Source: Dendrobates tinctorius (Eukaryota). Taken from it: DNA of 64,000 bases. Of the stretch, positions 10,760 to 40,145 are shown in pieces. The notes beneath the pieces are model-generated. The model ran no database searches and was not told the origin of the DNA. It saw only the letters and a program-made list of their open reading frames with translations. Position numbers and translations under genes: made by a program. The stretch is taken from positions 33,046,001 through 33,110,000 of the forward strand of contig NW_027361788.1 in NCBI RefSeq assembly GCF_039654945.1, read 5' to 3'. Each line of letters starts with the position of its first letter. Positions within the stretch are counted from its first letter, which is position 1.

Positions 10760-13495
10760 ATATAATCGTGACAGATGAGTGACGTCACCACTGAGCAGGT
10801 ATAACGTGACAGATGAGTGACGTCACCACTGAGCAGGTATAACGTGACAGATGGGGTGACGTCACCACTGAGCAGACATAACAGGTGACAGATGGGTGAC
10901 GTGACCACTGAGTAGACATAACGGGTGACAGATGGGTGATGTCACCACCGAGCAAATAAAATGGTGACAGATGGGTGACGTCACCACTGAGCAGATATAG
11001 CGGGTGACATGACCACTGAGCAGACATAACAGGAAACAGATGGGGTGATGTCACCGCCGAGCAGATATAGCGGTGACGGATGGGTGATGTCACCACTGAG
11101 CAGATATAACGGTTGACAGATGGGTGACGTGACCACTGAGCAGACATAACGGGTGACAGATGGGTGATGTCACCACTGAGCAGATATAACGGTGACAGAT
11201 GGGGTGAAGTCGCCACTGAGCAGATGTAACGGTGACAGATGGGTTGATGTCACCACTGAGCAGATGTAACGGTGACAGATGGGTGACGTGACCACTGAGC
11301 AGACATAACGGGTGACAGATGGGGTGACGTCACCACTAAGCAGATATAACGGGTGACATCTCCAGTGAGCAGATACAACGGGTGACAGATGGGTGACGTC
11401 ACCACTGAACACATATAACGGGTGACAGATGGGGTGACATCAGCACTGAGCAGATATAATGGGTGTCAGATGGGTGATGTCACCACTGAACAGATATAAC
11501 GGCGACAGATGAGTGACGTCACCACTGAGCAGGTATAACGTGACAGATGGGGTGACGTCACCACTGAGCAGACATAACAAGTGACAGATGGGTGACGTGA
11601 CCACTGAGTAGACATAACGGGTGACAGATGGGTGATGTCACCACCGAGCAAATAAAATGGTGACAGATGGGTGACGTCACCACTGAGCTGATATAATGGG
11701 TGACATGACCACTGAGCAGACATAACAGGTAACAGATGGGGTGATGTCACCTCCGAGCATATGTAACGGTGACAGATGGGTGACGTCACCACTGAGCAGA
11801 TATAACGGTGACAGATGGGGTGATGTCACCACTGAGCAGATATAACAGGTGACAGATCGGTGACTTCACCACTGAGCAGACATAATGGGTGACAGATGGG
11901 GTGACATCAGCACTGAGCAGATATAACGGGTGTCAGATGGGTGATGTCACCACTGAGCAGACATAACGGGTGACAGATGGGGTGACGTCACCACTGAGCA
12001 GACATAATGGGTGACAGATGGGGTGACGTCACCACTGAGCAGACATAATGGGTGACAGATGGGGTGACATCAGCACTGAGCAGATATAATGGTGACAGAT
12101 GGGTGATGTCACCACTGAGCAGATATAACGGTGACAGATGGGAACATCACCACTGAGCAGATATAATGGGTGACAGATGGGAACGTCACCAATGAGCAGA
12201 TATAACGGTGACTGATGGGGACGTCAACACTGAGCAGATATAACGGTGACAGATGGGGTCGTCACCACTGAGCAGATATAACAGACAGATGGGGTGATGT
12301 CACCACTGAGCATATATAACAGTAACAGATGGATGATGTCACCACCGAGCAGATATAACGGTGACAGATGGGGTGATGTCACCACTGAGTAGATAGAACG
12401 GGTGACAGATGGGTGACATCACCACTGAGCAGATATAACGGGTGACAGATGGGTGACATAACCACTGAGCAGATATAACGGGTGACAGATGGGGTGACGT
12501 CACCACTGAGCAGATATAAGGGTGACAGCTGGGGTGACGCTAGCACTGAGCAGATATAACGGGTGACAGATGGGGTGAAGTCACCAACGCAAAGATATAG
12601 CGGTGACAGATGGGGTGACGTCACCACTGAGCAGATATAACGGTGACAGATGGGGTGACGTCACCACCGCAAAGATATAGCGGTGACAGATAGGGTGACG
12701 TCACCACTGAGCAGATATAACGGTGACAGATGGGGTGACGTCACCACTGAGCAGATATAAGGGTGACAGATGGGGTGACGCTAGCACTGAGCAGATATAA
12801 CGGGTGACAGATGGGGTGACGTCACCAACGCAAAGATATAGCGGTGACAGATGGGGTGACGTCACCACTGAGCAGATATAACGGTGACAGATGGGGTGAC
12901 GTCACCACCGCAAAGATATAGCGGTGACAGGGTGACGTCACCACTGAGCAGATATAACGGTGACAGATGGGGTGACGCTAGCACTGAGCAGATATAACGG
13001 GGGTGACAGATGGGTGACGTCACCACTGAGCAGATATAACGGTGACAGATGGGGTGACGCTAGCACTGAGCAGATATAACGGGTGACAAATGGGGTGACG
13101 TCACCACTGAGCAGATATAACGGTGACAGATGGGTGACGTCACCACTGAGCAGATATAATGGGTGACGTCACCACTGAGCAGATATAACGGTGACAGATG
13201 GGGTGATGTCACCACTGAGCAGATATAACGGTGACAGATGGGTGACGTCACCACTGAGCAGATATAATGGGTGACGTCACCACTGAGCAGATATAACGGT
13301 GACAGATGGGGTGATGTCACCACTGAGCAGACATAACGGGTGACGTGACCAGTGAGCAGACATAACGGGTGACGTCACCACTGAGCAGATATAACGGTGA
13401 CAGATGGGTGACGTCACCACTGAGCAGATATAACGGTGACAGATGGGGTGACGCTAGCACTGAGCAGATATAATGGTGACAAATGGGGTCACTGC
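10760..13495 (+). repeat. ~39-41 bp minisatellite, consensus GGTGACAGATGGG(G)TGACGTCACCACTGAGCAGATATAAC(G), about 65-70 units
   Basis: Direct reading; it produces the spurious repetitive ORFs (SVVTSPICHRYIC). Confidence 0.97.
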
Positions 13496-13548
13496 TGGGG
13501 GTTTGTTACAACAGCACCTGGTCCCACACTGCAGGGGCCCCTCCAGCC

Positions 13549-13790
13549 CCAGACCCCGAGTTCTCCAACTTGAGGCTGAGGGTGTCCTCGATGATGCGGT
13601 TGTTCACCTCCAGCAGCATCATTGTGGCTCTGAAATGATTCACCTCACGGAAGGATGAAGCTGCTTCTCGACGTCCGTCAGTGACAGGCAGCCGCTCCCC
13701 GCCCAGACTCTCTGCTTTCCGTGCTACAAGACAGGCAATATGGCGCCTCCCGCTCACTCTTCCGCCGTACAACAATATGGCGTCAGTACG
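13549..13790 (-). pseudogene. ARPC2: Orphan 5' fragment of an ARPC2-like gene (promoter/5'UTR region and first coding exon only)
   Basis: 13622-13549 encodes [25 protein letters not shown] vs vertebrate ARPC2 [32 protein letters not shown] acceptor lies 7 nt before the ATG; there is GG instead of GT where the exon is expected to end; no downstream ARPC2 exons were found. YY1-like CGCCATATT x2 and ETS CGGAAG lie upstream. Confidence 0.8.
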
Positions 13791-14313
13791 AAGAAAAAAA
13801 GCAAACCTGCATCCATCATGGCAGAAAAATACTGTATCATCAATACTTCCACCATGGTGGACACAAATGACAGTTTATAATTATATTGTTATTAAAAGAT
13901 AAACTTTATTTCCGCCATAGAACAAAATGGCCCCCGGCGGAGAAGAAAGGCCCCACGGTCAGGCAGTAGGGCTGTCTGTGAGCTGCCTGTCCAGGGTGGT
14001 CTCGTCCCATTGATGGAAATATCAGGAATTCTGAGGCTGCAGTATGAGTGGTACACGTGAGAACATGGCCAGGATTCTGGACCAACACAGAGAACATATT
14101 TAGAACAATGAGATACTCTCTATATTCAGTCATCAGAACACCAGACAGAGCTTCTATCCCCATAAAATTATAGTACCAAGGTAAAAAATTCCCTAATCTC
14201 AATTATGCAAATAACTTCATTGTATAAACAGGGCAAGAAAAGTGCATCTAGTAATCACCATGGAAACATTAGTTAATAAAAACCAGTGGACAATGATGCA
14301 GCATGTGGGCAGC

Positions 14314-14468
14314 TTACACAACCATCACTAATATGTGTCACCTCAGGGAACCAGCACAAGTGTTACACAACATGCATGGGATTGCCTACAGTTCCACTGA
14401 GACACTGCATTTTGTGTAACACTTGTGCTGGTTCCCTGAGGTGACACATATTAGTGATGGTTGTGTAA
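14314..14468. repeat. Perfect ~57-bp inverted repeat (hairpin MITE remnant)
   Basis: TTACACAACCATCACTAATATGTGTCACCTCAGGGAACCAGCACAAGTGTTACACAA and its exact reverse complement, ~41-nt spacer. Confidence 0.85.
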
Positions 14469-15147
14469 GGCTACTTTCACACATCAGGTTTTCGGCGTCA
14501 GGCGCGATCCGGCGTCGTGCCGGAACGCCGGATCCGGCAAATGTTTAGTAAAACCGGATGTGACGGATCCGGTTTTCTGCCGGATCCGTCTTTTTCTTGA
14601 CAGACAAAACCGGATCCGTCTCATCCGGTTCATCCGTTTTTCTATCCGTTTTTCGACGGATTACGCCGGATCCGGTTTTTAAAATTGACCCTTGTGGCCT
14701 TCCGAACGGGATTGGCTACTGGAAAACTAGATATAGCATGTTCCTACAGCCCTACTTTGACAGGTTGTAGTGGGCAGAGCTACTGAGCATGCTCAGACCA
14801 AAAAACCGGATCCGGCCGCCGGATCAGGCTTTCGCCGGATCCGGCGCATTGCGGCGCTCATAGGCTTTCATTGTGTGAAAAAGCCGGACGCGCCGGATCC
14901 GGCGTGTCCGGCTTTTTCGCCGGAGACAAAAAACGTTACAGTAGACGTTTTTTCCAGACGCCGGATCGCGACACATTGCCGGATCCGGCGAAAACCGGAT
15001 GAAACGCATGGCCATCCGGCGCGATCCGGCGCAAATGCAAGTCAATGGGGGGGAAACCGGATCCGGCATTGCATTTCGCCGGATCCGGTTTCTGTCAAAA
15101 GCGCCGGATCGCGCCTGACGGCGAAAACCTGATGTGTGAAAGAGGCC
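14469..15147. mobile_element. PIF/Harbinger-like MITE rich in CCGGATCCGG palindromes
   Basis: TIR GGCTACTTTCACACATCAGG / CCTGATGTGTGAAAGAGGCC; TAA TSD on both sides. Confidence 0.85.
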
Positions 15148-15842
15148 TAAGCCACACACACGTTGCATCTTTTACCATGGTACTATATTGCATTTTATGG
15201 GGATAGAAGCTCTCTCTGGTGTGCTGATGACTGAGTGGTACACGTGGATTGGAGGCATCAGGAGGCACCGCTGCCCCTCTGCGGCGGCTCCTGCAGCAGG
15301 TCACAGCTCCTCATGGACCCATACTGCTGGTGTGAGGAGAGGGGACCCCCGATACATCATCCACTGACCCCCTGACTGATCACTGCAGCCATCAGCCCGC
15401 AGAACAACGCAGCATGCTACAAGGGAACAGGACCTTCCCTGCTGTCAGCGGCATGTGATCAGTCACATGACTGGGAGGAGCCAGGCAGTCGGTATAGGCG
15501 TTCTGCAGTACTAGGTAATTACGGAGCTCTGCACGGTGCACGTGTGAGATGCAGCGGAGCTGTGTGCCGGCTGCTGCAGTTGCCCCTGTGTGTGTCACGG
15601 CTGCTCAGTGGCGGATTATAATGGGGCAATGTACCCTGGGCTGGTGCCCCCCCCCACACCACTGGGCCCTGGGCTACCGCCCAGCTTGACCTCGTGATAA
15701 TCCGCCACTGGGTAAGCACGCCTGTGTTCGCTGCCAGCCTGGCAATGCAGTGCCTGAAACCCCGCCCAGCTGAGTGGACACGCCCACTCGCGTGAGTCAT
15801 AGTAGGCGTGGTTTTGCTGGCTCTCCGGCGGACAGGTCTTTG

Positions 15843-15855
15843 GTTGCTAGGTAAC
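15843..15855. promoter_or_regulatory. RFX X-box next to the CFAP157 start
   Basis: GTTGCTAGGTAAC, ending 35 nt before the ATG; X-boxes are typical of ciliary genes. Confidence 0.75.
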
Positions 15856-15890
15856 AGGACGCTACACTCTGTGACATCAGGAGAAGCAAG

Positions 15891-32340
<16,450 letters not shown>

Positions 32341-33826
32341 CAGTAACCTGCGCCTAGACACATAAGATGGACCGATTATAATAAACGCGGACGGTCAAGG
32401 CCAATCACGTACTTCAGTCACCGCCCACAGGAGCCGTCAGGGGTCATGTGATCAGTGTGCAAAAGTCATTGCTCCCTTCCCACCTTAGGAGGCGCATGTA
32501 ATATTGAGCTCTATTCTCAATGTATCTGATGTGAAAAAGGAGAATATAAAGCCACTATAAACGCTTCATATTTATTCGGAGAGAATTGAGAATATTCTTC
32601 CCATTCATAAAACCGAGCAAATCTGTAATATTGTGTTATGCCTGGTACAGGGCTGAGGAGTGTGTCCTGCTCTCCCCTCCCCGGCCCTGCACCAGGCATA
32701 AGTGTTCCTTTATTCCGCTCCCACCCAAAAAAAGTATATTTATGTGTGTTTAAGGTAGAAATATGTACAATATATTACTATACTTCAATTAGGAAAGGGG
32801 TCCTGATCTGGAGCGGTCACTGCCAGTCCTGACACTCTGCTGTGTGGGTGAAGGGGGCTGGCTGCCTAATGATTTCAATAGGTAAGCCAGCCCCCTTCTT
32901 TCTCCATCATGGCTGATTCAGTCAGGAGGGGGCAGGCTTAGCTATTAGACAGCCAGCCCCCTTCACATACAGCAATGATGATGAGCTGATTCAAGACATT
33001 TTCTCCTGGCTCAGGCACAAGGTAAAAGTGGAGCTGCCAGGATGGGCGCTGGTACCTGGAGATGGGGGCACGTGTATTAACACAAGTGTATTGGTACGTT
33101 GTGCATATTTCTATTTTAACACCTGTAAGCATATTATGAACTATGTATGGCATCGGTGCATTGTATTATTAAAGTAATTTCCCAGTCCAGTAAAATCTTT
33201 AGTATAGCAGATCACTATTGGATATAAGGGGGGGTCCCTGACAATCAGCTGTTTGACGGCATGGACCATGTCCTCCATCTTTATTTCTTTTAAGTGAATG
33301 GTCCCGGATTGCAATACCAGTAATAAAAGTATAAAGGAGTGTGACAGCTGACAGGAAGGGGTGTCGGACCCCCCACCATTATTGTACTGATGAATGAATA
33401 GGTAAACAATTTTTTGGATAGAAAAGGAAATCCCCTTTAATACGTGAGGCATGGGAGTGCTTATGAGGTTAAAAAAGTTAAGGGGGCTGTCAACGGCTGA
33501 CACTGAAGACCTAGCCTCTATCACATTAGTAAGGGTCCAACACTCGTTGCTGAGAACTGCAACCAGGGCTCTCATTGAGTTGAAGAGGAGCTGATCTGCA
33601 GTACCTATTATGGCCACTATACGGTGTGTGGCGCAGTGCTGTTCCAGCTCCTTACACTGTGTATATGGCCACTGCCAGAGCTGGTAACAGCTGATTGTGG
33701 GGTGCTGGGGGCCCAAGTAATCCTGTGATTACACCAGATGAGAGGTGGCGCCCTCCGCAGGTGGTTCTGTGCCGTGGTCGCCTTCTCTTCAGTTGAACGT
33801 TTATGAACTGAATATTCCAGCTACCT

Positions 33827-35995
33827 TCATATTCTGTTTTGCACCGGCCTAGTTATTGGCGTACTGGTTGCGGCCTGCGTCCTTTTTTGGATATGTCCAA
33901 GTAACAAGTCCAGACCTTTCTCCAAAACCAAGGTCAGCGTCTCCTGCTTATTCTTTGTAAAGCGTGCCAGTACATAGGGGGTCACCGAAGACTTGTCAGC
34001 CGGGCGTCCAATGCCAATCAGGAGTCTGATCATTGTCTGCCAAGGAAGAAAGAGAAAAACACAAAGTCTTCATTACCGAATCCCGGTAATGAAAGGTGGG
34101 CAAATATGGGCTCCAGAACTTACGTCTGATTTCAGGTGGTCAATGCAGGAACGGACACCATTGTGGCCCCTAGAAAATACAGGAAGCAGCCAAGGTCAGA
34201 ATACACATCATGTGGGTATAGCTTACAAGCTACAAGCTATCACCCACCAAAACAGGGATCAGACACTTAAAATAATCATTAAACAGTTAAAGTTCAAAGA
34301 TTTATAGATGTCAATAATTTGATTCAGTATTTATTGAGGAAGCCTGAGAGTCCTGCTCCTCCCACACGGTCTGAGCTGTCAATCACTGGCTGGGTGGGTG
34401 GAGCAAGGACTCCCACATTCTCTATAAATCCTAAAATAAATAGTATTAAGTCACAGAAAATAGATCTTCTCAAGCTCAGCTTGTCGTCTATGCAATGCTG
34501 CTGTGAATAGGGGGCAGGGCGAGTCCTCTAAAGTTGGCCAAGTGGTCTGCATTTCACTCAATAACGGACCAGATACCTCGCGCTCCCTCCGAGCTTCAGA
34601 GTCACCTTCCCCAGAGACTTGTCCAGTTCATCATGCAGTAGATAGATATTCTCAGGGGTCAGGCGGAACTTTCCAGCTGGGGAATAAAAATCCAAATAAG
34701 ATTATCCAACAGTAATTATCCCAAATAATAATAATAAACTTTGCAACCAAAAAATGTCAGTGATTATTGAGACCATAAATCAGAAATCATAGAAACTGAA
34801 GATGGTAAACGGGATGCTGCAGAACATCAACACTTACACTGAGCCAGAACAGAGCCAGCCTATAACAGGAACCCCATAACAAGGCCAGCAAGTCCCTCTA
34901 TGAAAACCAACAGTGATGGATTAAAGACAAAAAACAAAAACCACAGGATGCAGAGTTCCCTCATTACAAACCCAACGTGGAACAAGACCTCGCTATCCAA
35001 GGCAGCTGGTACAAGTGTCCCTATAACAGTAACTGTCTCCAAAGGATGCAGAACTAGGGGACTTATGTACATCCTAGATCTATGCCCAAAAGGGGTCTGC
35101 TGGCTCAGTTAGGGAGTTCATATGATGGCTTAAACTGCCATGAAGGGGGTGCCAGCTCGACCTGCCATGGGGGGGGTGAGACCAGAAAACAGCTCAATCT
35201 GCCATGGGGGGGTACCAGATGACAGTTCGATCTGCCATGGTGGCACCATATGCCAGCTTGATCTGCCATGAGGGGGTGCCAGATGCCAGCTCGATCTGCC
35301 ATGGGATGGGGGGGGAGAACCAGATGCCGGCTTGATCTGCCATGGGGGGGGGGAAGGGAACCAGATGATGGCTCTATCTACCATGGGGGTGCCAGATGCC
35401 AGCTTGATATGCCATGGGGGCACTGTTGTCTCATGTAGGTGACAAGTACCCCTCTTACATGAAGTGATTATTGACCTCACCAGCATTGGCCACACTGGTC
35501 CCATTAACATTCATAAACTGTCGAGGTTTTATCAGGACTAGATGGAGGCCATCAAACTGGGCGGTGACAAGATCGGCTCCCGTCTGTCTGTCTGTCTGTC
35601 TGTCTTTCACTGATCGGCAACATTGAGCCTCCCCGCCAGCTGATTAATGGCGGTCATGCCCACACTGTGCCTGGTGCCAGACATGCCATTATTGCCCAGT
35701 CCGACCACCTACACATAGAAGACAGTATAAAACATGTTACATTACACCAGATCACAAACTCACATGAAATACAGAGACACTTAGGGGACATGTGCTCCCC
35801 GGTAACACATCACACGGGGGGCAGCTTCCCATACAAACATGGCAGACAAGTATGGTTACAGTATGTCAAATACACCACTGTGAATAGTAATAAGCTCACC
35901 ATAAAGAGCCGCCCCCTGGTGGGACCCGCACTGGCTCCATGACTCATACACCGACCCAAGCGGAGACTGCACACGGCAGTCACTGACTGCAACAT
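33827..35995 (-). pseudogene. PTRH1: Peptidyl-tRNA hydrolase 1 homolog, unprocessed 5-exon copy with disabling lesions in exon 2
   Basis: Exons 35995-35900, 35708-35481, 34676-34577, 34169-34124, 34036-33827. Motifs VVGLGN, TRHSVG, FMNVNG, HDELDK, GGSARGHNGVRS, RLLIGIGRP. TGA at 35609-35607 where the homolog has Trp; (AGAC)6 at 35605-35582 shifts the frame and (AGAC)4 would restore it. Confidence 0.88.
35138..35420. repeat. Degenerate ~35-45 bp G-rich tandem repeat in PTRH1 intron 2
   Basis: Repeated (CAGATGCC)AGCTCGATCTGCCATGGGGG units. Confidence 0.75.
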
Positions 35996-37175
35996 AGTCC
36001 TCTACCAACATGGTGGAAAGCAGCTGACAACTTCCGGGTCATGTGACTGACAGTCACTGATGAGGCTTCATGATGTGATCCCTGTGTGCAGTACTACAGA
36101 GAGAAATGTATCGTGCAGAGAGAACATCGTAGTGTTGTGTGTCAGAAGGGAGAGCGAACCCTGCTGGTGGAAAATAAAATTACACCTACAACGCCTAATG
36201 TGACAGATGAGTAGTGTTAAGCGATACTTTCCGATATTGAGAAATATCGGATTGGACCGATACCCAAAAAGTATCGGGTATCGCCGATTCCGATACCAGA
36301 AGCCCCATGCAAGTCTATGGGACAGAAATATCGGAATTAAAAAAAACCCTTCCTTACTTGCACATCCAGTTGGGGGGGGAGTGTGGGCGGACACTGTGCG
36401 TGTCTGTGTGTGCGGGCGGGATCTGTACGGGCCTCTCGGGGGTTGTGTGTGTGTGTGCAGGTATCATCCGGTGGGACTACAAGTCCCTTTGGGGGATGCC
36501 TGCTACAGTGACAGTGATTGACACATTAGCCAATGATGGGACAGTAGTAGTCCCATCATCCGGCTAATGTGTTGAATGTAAAAAAAAAAACCATACATAC
36601 TACATACATAAAACATGCTAGACATACAACATACATGCTACATACATACTACATACAATACATTCATATAGACATACAGTACATATAACAGAGTACATAC
36701 TTACCATCACTTGTCACTTTGTTCCCCGAAGCCAGTGTCATCTTTAAAAAATATTAAAATAACAAACAACCGATATACTCCCTGATCCGCAGAAATCCAC
36801 TAGTGTCCCACGACGATCTCCCGTGGAGGACAGCAGCATCAGCTGATGCGACTGCTCTCTAGGGGCCCCAGGAATACAATGACGGGAGGTAGGTATCCTT
36901 CCGCACTGTATTCCTCCGCCACTGTAAGAAAATAGTCCCTAGTCTCACTTTTGGCATTGCTGTGTGAGAAAGTTCCCACGCAGCTCTTGCCATAAAGTGA
37001 GACCAGTGAACTATAGTAACCTCTCAGTGATGCACTGCAGGAGATCGTCGAGGGACACTCGTGGATTTCTGCGGATCAGGGAGTATATTGCTTGTTATTT
37101 TAATATTTTTTAAAGATGACACTGGCTTCGGGGATCAAAGTGACAAGTGATGATGAGTATGTACTCTATGTTATA

Positions 37176-38778
37176 CAGTGGGGCAAAAAAGTATTTAGTC
37201 AGTCAGCAATAGTGCAAGTTCCACCACTTAAAAAGATGAGAGGCGTCTGTAATTTACATCATAGGTAGACCTCAACTATGGGAGACAAACTGAGAAAAAA
37301 AAATCCAGAAAATCACATTGTCTGGTTTTTTTTCATTTTATTTGCATATTATGGTGGAAAATAAGTATTTGGTCAGAAACAAGCAATCAAGATTTCTGGC
37401 TCTCACAGACCTGTAACTTCTTCTTTAAGAGTCTCCTCTTTCCTCCACTCATTACCTGTAGTAATGGCACCTGTTTAAACTTGTTATCAGTATAAAAAGA
37501 CACCTGTGCACATCCTCAAACAGTCTGACTCCAAACTCCACTATGGTGAAGACCAAAGAGCTGTCAAAGGACACCAGAAACAAAATTGTAGCCCTGCACC
37601 AGGCTGTGAAGACTGAATCTGCAATAGCCAACCAGCTTGGAGTGAAGAAATCAACTGTGGGAGCAATAATTAGAAAATGGAAGACATACAAGACCACTGA
37701 TAATCTCCCTCGATCTGGTGCTCCACGCAAAATCCCACCCCGTGGGGTCAGAATGATCACAAGAACGGTGAGCAAAAATCCCAGAACCACGCGGGGGGAC
37801 CTAGTGAATGAACTGCAGAGAGCTGGGACCAATGTAACAAGGCCTACCATAAGTAACACACTACGCCACCATGGACTCAGATCCTGCAGTGCCAGACGTG
37901 TCCCACTGCTTAAGCCTGTACATGTCCGGGCCCGTCTGAAGTTTGCTAGAGAGCATTTGGATGATCCAGAGGAGTTTTGGGAGAATGTCCTATGGTCTGA
38001 TGAAACCAAACTGGAACTGTTTGGTAGAAACACAACTTGTCGTGTTTGGAGGAAAAAGAATACTGAGTTGCATCCATCAAACACCATACCTACTGTAAAG
38101 CATGGTGGTGGAAACATCATGCTTTGGGGCTGTTTCACTGCAAAGGGGCCAGGACGACTGATCCGGGTACATGAAAGAATGAATGGGGCCATGTATCGTG
38201 AGATTTTGAGTGCAAACCTCCTATCAGCAAGGGCATTGATGATGAAACGTGGCTGGGTCTTTCAACATGACAATGATCCAAAGCACACCGCCAGGGCAAC
38301 GAAGGAGTGGCTTCGTAAGAAGCATTTCAAGGTCCTGGAGTGGCCTAGCCAGTCTCCAGATCTCAACCCTATAGAAAACCTTTGGAGGGAGTTGAAAGTC
38401 CGTGTTGCCAAGCGAAAAGCCAAGAACATCACTGCTCTAGAGGAGATCTGCATGGAGGAATGGGCCAACATACCAACAACAGTGTGTGGCAACCTTGTGA
38501 AGACTTACAGAAAACGTTTGACCTCTGTCATTGCCAACAAAGGATATATCACAAAGTATTGAGATGAAATTTTGTTTCTGACCAAATACTTATTTTCCAC
38601 CATAATATGCAAATAAAATGAAAAAAAACCAGACAATGTGATTTTCTGGATTTTTTTTTCTCAGTTTGTCTCCCATAGTTGAGGTCTACCTATGATGTAA
38701 ATTACAGACGCCTCTCATCTTTTTAAGTGGTGGAACTTGCACTATTGCTGACTGACTAAATACTTTTTTGCCCCACTG
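37176..38778 (+). mobile_element. Full-length Tc1 DNA transposon
   Basis: ~200-bp TIRs, TA TSD; nearly identical to 26535-28138 in the opposite orientation. Confidence 0.95.
37543..38562 (+). CDS. Tc1 transposase, open 339-aa ORF (DD34E)
   Basis: Paired-like HTH N-terminus; catalytic motifs [13 protein letters not shown] and [11 protein letters not shown]. Confidence 0.92.
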   Translation: MVKTKELSKDTRNKIVALHQAVKTESAIANQLGVKKSTVGAIIRKWKTYKTTDNLPRSGAPRKIPPRGVRMITRTVSKNPRTTRGDLVNELQRAGTNVTRPTISNTLRHHGLRSCSARRVPLLKPVHVRARLKFAREHLDDPEEFWENVLWSDETKLELFGRNTTCRVWRKKNTELHPSNTIPTVKHGGGNIMLWGCFTAKGPGRLIRVHERMNGAMYREILSANLLSARALMMKRGWVFQHDNDPKHTARATKEWLRKKHFKVLEWPSQSPDLNPIENLWRELKVRVAKRKAKNITALEEICMEEWANIPTTVCGNLVKTYRKRLTSVIANKGYITKY

Positions 38779-40145
38779 TATGTACTGTATGTCTATATGA
38801 ATGTATTGTATGTATGTTGTATGAATGTAGTATATATGTAGTATGTATGTAGTATGTATGTATGTTGTATGAATGTAGTATATATGAAGTATGTATGTAG
38901 TATGTATGTATGTTGTATGAATGTAGTATATATGTAGTATGTATGTATGTTGTATGAATGTAGTATATATGAAGTATGTATGTATGTTGTATGAATGTTG
39001 TATATATGTAGTTTGTATGTATGTTGTTTGTACTATGTATGTTTTTTTTATTTTTCTTTTATTTTTTACATTCAACACATTAGCCGGATGATGGGACTAC
39101 TACTGTCCCATCATTGGCTAATGTGTCAATCACTGTCATTGTAGCAGGCATAGCCCGATGGGACTTGTAGTCCCATCGGACGATGCCAGCACACACACAC
39201 AACCCCCGGCAGGCCCGTACAGACCCCCGGCAGCCCGCACAGACCCCCGGCAGGCCCGCACAGACCGCGCATCATGATGACATCATTTCAGCAGCCAATC
39301 ACAGCCACAACACTGGCTCATTGCATTATGGGAACTTCCGATTCCGGTATCCGATATTGTAAAAATATCGGTACTCGGTATCGGAATTTCGATACAGCGA
39401 ATATCGGCCGATACCCGATATTTGCAGTATCTGAATGCTCAACACTAGAGATGAGACATATACCGAGAGATAAGCTAGAGACAGATTAGATATGGGATGG
39501 GGACTGCAATACAGTGGGAGGAACCGCAGCAGCTCAGCCACGAAATGGAGACCCTGCAATGTTACAGAGCAGGGGGACAAGTGCTGAGGAGCAGAGGGCT
39601 GAAAAGTCACCAACTTTCTAGTGACTCCATAACTGCCCAGACGTCCTCTGGTATAATATCAGGACCAGGGCCAGTTTTAGGCAAAGTTTAAAATGGGGCC
39701 CCAAATGCTAACATATTGCACATCACACAGAAGCATTTCGGTTGTAGTTACATGCGCTGAGTTCAGGCCGCTAAACGAGTGTGATCGACAATATTGAAGT
39801 CGTTCAACACTTGTTTCCCGGCCTCTTTCCACCGTCTGAGAAAGAATGATGGGAACAGAACGATCACTAATGGATCACTAACAGATCAACATACAGTATC
39901 GTGTTATCAGCAGCACATCTACAGTTTACACTCCATAGTCCTCCATATAATATAATGTCCCCCATAGTCCTCCATATAGTATAATATACTCCTCAGTCCT
40001 CCATATAGTAAAATACACTCCTCATAGTTCTCCATATAGTATAGTCAAGGGTGGATTCAGGGTAGCCAGGGCCCCGGGCTGTTCAGATTCTGTGGGCCCC
40101 GGGGTCAAGTGACAAACTGCATACTACAGTCCAGTGCGTACTCAC

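Larger units (their letters stand above)
1190..13495 (+). repeat. Left arm of a large inverted duplication (about 2.4 kb unique sequence plus minisatellite, interrupted by the BEL insertion)
   Basis: 1190-3032 plus 10244-~10755 is the reverse complement of ~42560-44914. ORFs 1641..2201(+) and 43911..44363(-) give near-identical translations. Confidence 0.95.
36212..39447. mobile_element. Palindromic hAT-like non-autonomous element upstream of PTRH1, hosting a Tc1
   Basis: Ends TAGTGTTAAGC / GCTCAACACTA; 8-bp TSD CAGATGAG/GAGATGAG (1 mismatch); internal inverted arms with (CATA)n/(TATG)n. Confidence 0.75.

Noticed and set aside
10760-13495. CRISPR-like array or repetitive Cys/His protein ORFs
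   Set aside because: Head-to-tail minisatellite with no unique spacers in a vertebrate context; the ORFs are translation artefacts (same for 41108-42105).
35607-35609. Selenocysteine or readthrough at the PTRH1 TGA
   Set aside because: The homologous residue is Trp and an 8-nt frameshift follows immediately.
37452-38192. 246-aa antisense ORF (and similar antisense ORFs over CR1 and the gag repeat)
   Set aside because: Shadow frames of transposon coding sequence.
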